Assembly (NCBI GenBank): GCA_045652845.1
Contig: JAZOLJ010000002.1
Span: 1 to 47,078, forward strand
DNA: 47,078 nucleotides
From: Eubacteriales bacterium
GTDB lineage: Bacteria; Bacillota; Clostridia; Oscillospirales; CAG-272
Direction: 5' to 3'
The position numbers were made by a program, and so were the translations under genes. Each line of letters opens with the position of its first letter. Positions within the stretch are counted from its first letter, which is position 1. Under the pieces are notes generated by a model. That model was not told where the DNA came from, made no database searches, and was given only the letters and a program-made list of their open reading frames with translations. Below are positions 1 through 6,044 of the stretch, piece by piece.

Positions 1-2
1 AT

Positions 3-230
3 TGCGCCTACGTGGATCACCACGTTGCCGACGAAGGGAAGCACATGGGTATTGATAATATCAGGCGCGTGGTGGCAAGACTCACGGAGCTTGGCGTAGC
101 CACCGACACCACCAAGCACGCCATCAACCATTTTGCGCACACTGCGGCATCGCTGCAGGATATGCTTGAGGAGCTGGTAAGGGAGGACGGGTATCTCGTT
201 GCCTACGACGGGTGCACGGTAGAGCTTTAA
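3..230 (+). CDS. 3' end of an unidentified protein-coding gene (5'-partial; frame open to the window edge)
   Basis: Frame 3 is open from nt 3 to TAA at 228-230 (...EELVREDGYLVAYDGCTVEL). A strong hairpin terminator follows 30 nt downstream. I cannot recognise a family from the 75 C-terminal residues. Confidence 0.5.
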   Translation, partial: CAYVDHHVADEGKHMGIDNIRRVVARLTELGVATDTTKHAINHFAHTAASLQDMLEELVREDGYLVAYDGCTVEL

Positions 231-259
231 GCATTTAAAGATTGGCTAAAAAGCAAAAA

Positions 260-291
260 GGAGCACGGGCGTATCGCCCGTGCTCCTTTTT
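260..291. terminator. Rho-independent terminator shared by two convergent genes
   Basis: 12-bp stem GGAGCACGGGCG / CGCCCGTGCTCC with loop tat, followed by TTTTT. An A-run lies on the 5' side, so it can work on both strands. Confidence 0.8.
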
Positions 292-310
292 GTGTGCTGT
301 TTTAACGTTA

Positions 311-1003
311 TCAGCAGTATTCACGCAGTGTATCGAGTGCGCTTTTTTCAATGCGGCTCACGTAGGAGCGTGAAATGCCAAGCCTTGCCGCCACCTCGCG
401 TTGGGTAAGCGGCGGATTGCCGTCAAGCCCATAGCGCAGTGAAATGATCTCGCGCTCGCGTGCGTCAAGCACAGTTTCCACCAACCGTCGCACACGCGTG
501 GAGCGAATGCTTCGATCTACCTCCTCCTCCACGTTGTCCTCGGTGGCGATCACGTCAATGTAGGTTAAGGGATTGCCGTCGCGGTCTACGTCTATCGTTT
601 CGTTGATCGAAACCTCGGCGGAAAGCTTTTTTTGCGCGCGAAAATGCATGAGGATCTCGTTTTGAATGCATTTGGCACCGTAGGTGGCAAAACGCGCACC
701 GTTTTGGGGGTTAAAGGTGTCAACCGCCTTTACCAGTCCAATCGTGCCGATCGAAACAAGATCCTCGCTGTTTTTTGCGGCTCCGTAGTATTTGCGCACG
801 ATATGTGCAACCAGGCGCAGGTTGTGTAGGATCAGCCTTTCGCGTGCCGCCATGTCGCCCAAAGCCTTTTTGGCAAATGCCTCGCGCTCCTCGGCGGCGG
901 TGAGCGGCGGCGGAAAATTTTGCGGTGTGCTGATGCCAAGCAGCATATGGACCGCACCCAAGATCAGCGAGATCAGAGCAGAAAACAAAAAAATCACCTC
1001 CAA
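311..1003 (-). CDS. sigK: Sporulation-specific sigma-70 family sigma factor with a hydrophobic pro-sequence, most similar to pro-sigma-K
   Basis: HNLRLVAHIVRKY and ISRSYVSRIEKSAL match my memory of B. subtilis SigK (HNLRLVAHIVKKF, ISRSYVSRIEKRAL) better than SigE. NFPPPLT follows a roughly 20-25 aa hydrophobic leader. No spoIIGA lies upstream. Start is ambiguous: the longest ORF begins at TTG 1003, but GGAGG (1001-997) sits 8 nt upstream of in-frame TTG 988, which I favour (225 aa). Sigma-factor call about 0.95; sigK versus sigE about 0.6. Confidence 0.85.
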   Translation of the reverse strand: MEVIFLFSALISLILGAVHMLLGISTPQNFPPPLTAAEEREAFAKKALGDMAARERLILHNLRLVAHIVRKYYGAAKNSEDLVSIGTIGLVKAVDTFNPQNGARFATYGAKCIQNEILMHFRAQKKLSAEVSINETIDVDRDGNPLTYIDVIATEDNVEEEVDRSIRSTRVRRLVETVLDAREREIISLRYGLDGNPPLTQREVAARLGISRSYVSRIEKSALDTLREYC

Positions 1004-1059
1004 CTAACCTTATGAGCCGTCGCCTGTCCTAAATAACAACGGATTATGTTTGTTTTTGC

Positions 1060-1088
1060 TTGACACCCGACACAAACTTTGCTATAAT
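1060..1088 (+). promoter_or_regulatory. Sigma-A-type promoter for the phosphofructokinase gene
   Basis: TTGACA (1060-1065), 17-nt spacer, TATAAT (1083-1088), 35 nt upstream of ATG 1123. GGAGG RBS at 1111-1115. Confidence 0.7.
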
Positions 1089-1122
1089 TTTTTTGTAAGT
1101 AATTTCTCTTGGAGGTTTTGCA

Positions 1123-2364
1123 ATGAAAAAGCTGATCGGCAATGCCGTGGTAGGGCAGTCGGGCGGACCGACCGCCGCCATTAACGCAACGCTTGCGGGT
1201 GTCATTCGCGGCGTGCTTGAAAACGTGGGGGACGGCGCTATTAAGACCCTTTACGGTATGAGAAACGGCGTTGAGGGGCTGCTCATGGAGCGCCTTGTGA
1301 ATTTAAACGAGATGTTTGCGGATGAAAGGAATATTGACATGCTGGAGCACACTCCCGCCGCAGCACTGGGCTCCTGCCGCAAAAAGCTGCCCAAAATGGG
1401 GGAGGATGATGCGGTTTACGAAAAGCTGCTTGCTATCTTCAAAAAATACGATATTCGCTATTTCTTTTACATCGGCGGCAACGACTCCATGGATACCGTA
1501 GCAAAGCTCTCTGCATACACCAAGGGGCACGACTACGAAATGTGTATCATGGGCGTGCCGAAAACCATTGATAACGACCTTGTCGTTACCGATCACACAC
1601 CGGGCTTTGGGTCTGCCGCCAAATACATTGCCGTGACCATGCAGGAGATCATTCGTGACTGCGCGGTTTATACCGTTCCCGCCGTGACCATTGTTGAAAT
1701 TATGGGGCGCGACGCAGGGTGGCTCACCGCGGCTGCGGGCATTGGGCTTGCCGCAAACGGCATTGTGCCCGATCTTATTTATTTGCCCGAGCGTAGCTTT
1801 AGCAAGGAGGAGTTCTTTGAGGACGTGCGCGCGGCACTGAAGAAGCACCCCAACGTGGTGATCGCCGTTTCCGAGGGCATTCATTTTGCCGATGGCACTT
1901 ACGTTTGCGAGGGCTTTGGTATTGCCTCGACCGATGCGTTTGGCCACAAGCAGCTGTCGGGCACGGGCAAGGCTCTTGAATACGCGGTGAAGGCAGAGCT
2001 TGGCTGCAAGGTGCGCTCGGTTGAGCTGAACATCTCCCAGCGTTGCGCAGCACACATTGCCTCCGCTACCGACCTTGCGGAATCGGTTGCCGTGGGCAAA
2101 GCTGCCGTAAAGGCTGCCTGTGAGGGCGTGACGCGCGAAATGATGACCATTGTGCGCGACAGCACAAGCCCCTACACCTATCATATTGACCACAGCGACG
2201 TGTCAAGGATCGCCAATCAGATCAAAAGAGTGCCCGATGAATTTATCAACGAGCGTGCCAATCACGTGACCCGCGCTTGCGCCGAGTATCTGCTCCCACT
2301 CATTGCAGGGGAGGGGCTGCCGACCTACGAAAACGGCTTACCGCAGTTTTTTGTGATTGATTGA
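1123..2364 (+). CDS. pfp: 6-phosphofructokinase, long (about 415 aa) PPi-dependent-type (diphosphate--fructose-6-phosphate 1-phosphotransferase-like)
   Basis: GQSGGPTAAINATLAGV N-terminus, GGNDS, MGVPKTIDNDL, GFGSAAKY, EIMGRDAGWL. The Asp in GGNDS and the Lys in PKTIDND are the residues reported to distinguish PPi- from ATP-dependent PFKs. Confidence 0.85.
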   Translation: MKKLIGNAVVGQSGGPTAAINATLAGVIRGVLENVGDGAIKTLYGMRNGVEGLLMERLVNLNEMFADERNIDMLEHTPAAALGSCRKKLPKMGEDDAVYEKLLAIFKKYDIRYFFYIGGNDSMDTVAKLSAYTKGHDYEMCIMGVPKTIDNDLVVTDHTPGFGSAAKYIAVTMQEIIRDCAVYTVPAVTIVEIMGRDAGWLTAAAGIGLAANGIVPDLIYLPERSFSKEEFFEDVRAALKKHPNVVIAVSEGIHFADGTYVCEGFGIASTDAFGHKQLSGTGKALEYAVKAELGCKVRSVELNISQRCAAHIASATDLAESVAVGKAAVKAACEGVTREMMTIVRDSTSPYTYHIDHSDVSRIANQIKRVPDEFINERANHVTRACAEYLLPLIAGEGLPTYENGLPQFFVID

Positions 2365-2385
2365 CACAAAAAAACACGATAAAAA

Positions 2386-2417
2386 ACACACCAAGCAAAA
2401 TTGCTTGGTGTGTTTTT
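2386..2417. terminator. Bidirectional rho-independent terminator
   Basis: 13-bp stem ACACACCAAGCAA / TTGCTTGGTGTGT, followed by TTTTT and preceded by an A-run. It sits between the convergent pfk and PH-domain genes. Confidence 0.8.
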
Positions 2418-2447
2418 CGTATGTATTGAAACGAGCACAGCATTTTA

Positions 2448-2933
2448 TTACTGTATTGTCATGCGGCGCACGGCTCCGGTTGTATGGATCAGCATGCCGT
2501 CCAAATGCTTTTTGACTGTATGCGGATCCCTAACACCTGTGATTCTGATCACGCCCATATCAAGCAGATTGATCTGTACCGTACCGTAATGAAGGATCTG
2601 TCCGATGAGCGATTGCTGTATTTCAGTACCGCGAATGCCCGAAAACACCTCGCTTCTTTCCGAAGGGGAGAAAAATCCGCTTTTGAAAACCGCACGATCT
2701 TGAAGGATCTTTACCACCTCGTACTTTAACAAAAAGATCTGAAAGGCGATGACACATGCCGTACCCACAGATATGAGCAGCAGCAGCAGAGGCCAAGCGC
2801 TTTTCAACACAATTGCTAACGCGACACCCAAGAGTAAGGGAACAAGGAAGAGGGTCAGCTTTAAGGGTGAGAGGACGGTAAAACGGCTTTTTGTTATCAG
2901 TAATTCAGCCGTGTTTGATTCTTGAGCGTTCAT
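2448..2933 (-). CDS. Membrane protein with a C-terminal bacterial PH-like (YdbS/YdbT, bPH_2-type) domain
   Basis: Two N-terminal TM helices (LKLTLFLVPLLLGVALAIV, WPLLLLLISVGTACVIAFQIFLL). These are followed by a roughly 85-aa soluble domain (...RGTEIQQSLIGQILHYGTVQI...IRITGVRDPHTV) typical of bPH_2 proteins. No clear SD; the gene follows the upstream gene by 19 nt. Confidence 0.6.
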   Translation of the reverse strand: MNAQESNTAELLITKSRFTVLSPLKLTLFLVPLLLGVALAIVLKSAWPLLLLLISVGTACVIAFQIFLLKYEVVKILQDRAVFKSGFFSPSERSEVFSGIRGTEIQQSLIGQILHYGTVQINLLDMGVIRITGVRDPHTVKKHLDGMLIHTTGAVRRMTIQ

Positions 2934-2952
2934 AGAAGGCTATCGTTAGTGA

Positions 2953-3534
2953 TTATTGCTGAGCAGCATAATCGGCAACGGTAACTTCCTTTGCCTGGCT
3001 GTTAATGATGATAGCGCCGAGCATGTCAACGATCTCAGTGGCAACTGCATTGTTTACAACAACCTTAAGGGTGCCGGTGCTCTTCTTGCCAAGACCCTTG
3101 CCGCCCATAGCACCGATAGAAAGGGAAGAGCCTTCCGAGTCGCGTGTGGTGATGCTCAGGGTGAGTGCACCGCCGCGAAGCTTCAGAATGCCAACAACGA
3201 CAACGATGCCGCCAAGGATAAGGAAGACGGGCAGAAGAGCTGCAACGCCTGCCTTTGCGGACAGGATGATGCCTGCGATCATAATGAGAACGCCGAGGAT
3301 GATGGTCATAATGGGGCGAACCTTGGATTTCGTAGCGTGAGACATGTGCACAGCCTTTACGTCGTGCAGCTGGATCTCATCGCGGGAAACCTCAAGCTTG
3401 TTGCGGACATCGTGAACAATGCGTTTGTTCGTTACGGTGAGGGTAGCCTTGGTCTTGTTCAGATCTGCAACACCGGTTTTGGATGTTGCATACTCCCACT
3501 CACGAATGATGTGTTCGTTGTTTGCGAGTTGCAT
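2953..3534 (-). CDS. Hypothetical membrane protein with an N-terminal PH/GRAM-like segment and two central TM helices
   Basis: AAGGAGG RBS upstream of ATG 3534. IIREWEYA...ATLTVTNKRIVH...IQLHDVKAV looks PH-like. TM region is IMTIILGVLIMIAGIILS...LLPVFLILGGIVVVVGIL. No family assignment. Confidence 0.6.
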   Translation of the reverse strand: MQLANNEHIIREWEYATSKTGVADLNKTKATLTVTNKRIVHDVRNKLEVSRDEIQLHDVKAVHMSHATKSKVRPIMTIILGVLIMIAGIILSAKAGVAALLPVFLILGGIVVVVGILKLRGGALTLSITTRDSEGSSLSIGAMGGKGLGKKSTGTLKVVVNNAVATEIVDMLGAIIINSQAKEVTVADYAAQQ

Positions 3535-3807
3535 AAAAATGCCTCCTTAAAAAAGTTTTGCCGGAAGAAGCTTCTTCCAATTTTAATTATACAATTTCGC
3601 GAAATAAAAGTTAATTGTGTAGTATTGACATTGTTTCGTTGTTTTTTTGTTTGTGTTGCACAAAATAGGAGGCGAAAAATTTTGCGGAGTGGGTAAGAGG
3701 CGTTTTCTTGCGAGATAAAAATAAGCCGAGGGCTTGCCGTATTTGCAGCCTTTTACATAGAATTCCTCCGCTTTGCGCACACTACAAAAAAACAGAGGTA
3801 TGGGAAT

Positions 3808-5211
3808 ATGTTAGAGCTCACAGAACAGTATACGGAAAACGTGCGGCTTTTTGAGGAAGAGCTGCGCGTAAATGACAATTTTGATATCATCAAAAAGGTG
3901 CTGCGGATCGGCAAGGATGAGGTTACGCTCTTTTATATCGACGGACTCATTAAGGACGGCGCGATGCAAAAGCTGTTTATTTATCTGCTTTCTCAAAAGC
4001 AGCTGCCGCCCGATGCCAAAACCTTTCTTGAAACGAATATGCCCTACGTTGAATGCGACGTAACGGGCAATGCCGCGCTCATGCTGCAAATGATACTGTC
4101 GGGTGCCACCGTGCTGTTTGGCAGCACCTTTGGTGCTGAAGGAATGGTGATAGACGCGCGCACTTACCCCGCGCGCGAAACGGCAGAGCCCGAAAACGAC
4201 CGCGTGATGCGCGGCCCGCGTGACGGGTTTGTGGAAACGCTGGTTTTCAATACTGCTCTCATTCGCCGCCGCATTCGCGACACGGCTCTTACCATGCACT
4301 ATACCACCATGGGCAAGGCATCAAAAAGTGACCTTGTGATCTGCTATATGCAGGGGCGTGCCGACCCCAAGCTGATCAAATATATCAAGGAAAGGATCAG
4401 CGGTATCAAGACCGATGCGCTTAGCATGGGGCACGAATCGCTTGCCGAAACGCTGATTCGCTCTCGTTGGTATAATCCGTTTCCGAAAATACGCTACACC
4501 GAGCGCCCCGACGTTGCCTCCGCGCATTTGCTTGAGGGCAGCGTGATCATTTTGCTTGACAACTCACCCGCCGCCATGATTTTGCCAACGGCTATCTTTG
4601 ATTTTTTGCAGGAGAGCAGTGATTTTTACCTGCCGCCACTCACGGGCACCTATTTGCGTATGGTGCGCCACGCCGTTTTTTGGCTTACGCTCTTTATGAC
4701 GCCGCTTTGGTTTCTTGGTGTGCTCAACCCCCAATACGTGCCCGAATGGTTGGCGTTTGCGCTACCCGCCGAGCGCGGTAAGCTACCCATTTATCTGCAG
4801 CTCCTGCTTGCGGAATTTGTAATCGACGGGCTGCGCATGGCATCCATGAACACCCCCGATATGCTTGCAAATTCGCTCTCGGTGGTGGGGGGCTTGATTC
4901 TTGGTGATTTTGCCGTTGACGTGGGGTGGCTGATCCCAGAGGTTATTCTTTATATGGCGTTTGTGGCGATCGCCAATTTTACGCAGACCAGCTTTGAGCT
5001 GGGGTACGCCCTTAAATTTATGCGCTTGCTGCTGCTTACCCTAACGGCGTTTTTCAATCTTTGGGGATTTGCTGCGGGCGTGGTGCTGATCCTTTTGTTG
5101 ATCGTTTCCAATAAAACGGTAAACGGCGGGCACAGCTATCTTTACCCCTTGATCCCGTTTTCCTTCAAGGCACTGCTCTCACTTTTCGTGCGGCGCAAAA
5201 AACAGTCTTGA
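3808..5211 (+). CDS. GerA-family spore germination protein, A-subunit type (GerAA/SpoVAF-like), orphan
   Basis: 467 aa. Soluble N-terminal half contains RGPRDGFVETLVFNTALIRRRIRD. C-terminal multi-TM half (FDFLQESSDFYLPP..., LLAEFVIDGLRMAS...) is typical of GerA A subunits. No B or C subunit genes are adjacent. Confidence 0.8.
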   Translation: MLELTEQYTENVRLFEEELRVNDNFDIIKKVLRIGKDEVTLFYIDGLIKDGAMQKLFIYLLSQKQLPPDAKTFLETNMPYVECDVTGNAALMLQMILSGATVLFGSTFGAEGMVIDARTYPARETAEPENDRVMRGPRDGFVETLVFNTALIRRRIRDTALTMHYTTMGKASKSDLVICYMQGRADPKLIKYIKERISGIKTDALSMGHESLAETLIRSRWYNPFPKIRYTERPDVASAHLLEGSVIILLDNSPAAMILPTAIFDFLQESSDFYLPPLTGTYLRMVRHAVFWLTLFMTPLWFLGVLNPQYVPEWLAFALPAERGKLPIYLQLLLAEFVIDGLRMASMNTPDMLANSLSVVGGLILGDFAVDVGWLIPEVILYMAFVAIANFTQTSFELGYALKFMRLLLLTLTAFFNLWGFAAGVVLILLLIVSNKTVNGGHSYLYPLIPFSFKALLSLFVRRKKQS

Positions 5212-5265
5212 CTTTCCCTTTGCTTCCTGCTATAATGGTGAAAACGAAAAAAGTGGGGTAACGGT

Positions 5266-5769
5266 ATGCAAAAAACGCAAAATGAACGGCATTACGGCAT
5301 CACGGTGGCGGGTATTGTGATACTGGCGCTTTCCATTTGCATTATCTTTTTATCAATTTTTGTGCCGCGTGTGCGAGAAAACAGGATCCTGCGTGAGCGC
5401 GTTAGCCTGCTGCTGTACGCCGAATACGAGCGCGTGCTGCTTTGTGACCCGTTGCTGGAAACGGGGGGCGCGTTGCCCGACCGCGGGGCGCAGGTCATGC
5501 TGACCGCAGCCGAGGTCGATACCCTGCGTGAAAAGCTGGCGGCGGTAGCGGATGGGGGATTTCAAAACGGCGAAAATTTGACTATGCCCGAGGGTGCTTG
5601 GGATGTAAAGCTGCAGCTTCGCACTACCTCGGGGGAGTATGCCGATCTTTATTTTACCGATGCTGCACTGTATTTTTATGCCGAAGGCACGGCGTTTTGC
5701 TTTGAGGCAAAGGACGTGGCGGCATACAATGCGCTGCTTTCCTTTTTGCAGGCTCTTTTGACAAATTAA
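5266..5769 (+). CDS. Hypothetical membrane-anchored protein (single N-terminal TM)
   Basis: ATG 5266 lies 54 nt after the gerA-like stop, with TM helix GITVAGIVILALSICIIFLSIFV. A terminator follows immediately. No recognisable domain. Confidence 0.55.
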   Translation: MQKTQNERHYGITVAGIVILALSICIIFLSIFVPRVRENRILRERVSLLLYAEYERVLLCDPLLETGGALPDRGAQVMLTAAEVDTLREKLAAVADGGFQNGENLTMPEGAWDVKLQLRTTSGEYADLYFTDAALYFYAEGTAFCFEAKDVAAYNALLSFLQALLTN

Positions 5770-5775
5770 CGCTTG

Positions 5776-5813
5776 GGGTGCGGCTCGACCTACGATCGAG
5801 CCGCACCCTTTTT
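5776..5813 (+). terminator. Rho-independent terminator
   Basis: 13-bp stem GGGTGCGGCTCGA / TCGAGCCGCACCC followed by TTTTT. Confidence 0.85.
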
Positions 5814-5964
5814 GTATATTTATGCACACACGCGCTTGCCTTTGATTTGAAAGGCGATTTGGTTAAATTTGCTAACGCCCGAAAATATCCCCCCTGCAAA
5901 TTCTTGCCGTGTACAGGCTAAAAAAGAGGTTTTTGGCTAAAAGGTAGAAAATTGCTGTGCTTGA

Positions 5965-5994
5965 TTGACAGAACGGACTTCAATATGTTAAAAT
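5965..5994 (+). promoter_or_regulatory. Sigma-A-type promoter (extended -10) for the giant secreted-protein gene
   Basis: TTGACA (5965-5970), 18-nt spacer, TGtTAAAAT (-10 at 5989-5994), about 50 nt upstream of ATG 6045. Confidence 0.6.
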
Positions 5995-6044
5995 AAACCA
6001 TAACTCGTTTAATGTGCGTCGCGCACATAGAAAGGAGAACATAC

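Noticed and set aside
1005-1014. CATAAGGTTA on the minus strand upstream of sigK, resembling a mother-cell (sigma-E/sigma-K type CATA-N3-TA) -10 element
   Set aside because: The match is imperfect and the -35 is uncertain. The element sits almost against the RBS, which leaves an implausibly short leader. This is not enough support to annotate it.
3583-3780. 65-aa minus-strand ORF in the intergenic region upstream of the gerA-like gene (also 5918-6142, 74 aa, and 11485-11742, 85 aa)
   Set aside because: They lie in AT-rich promoter or terminator regions and have no SD. Their products are low-complexity Lys/Phe/Tyr-rich peptides, and they overlap predicted promoters or terminators of the real genes.
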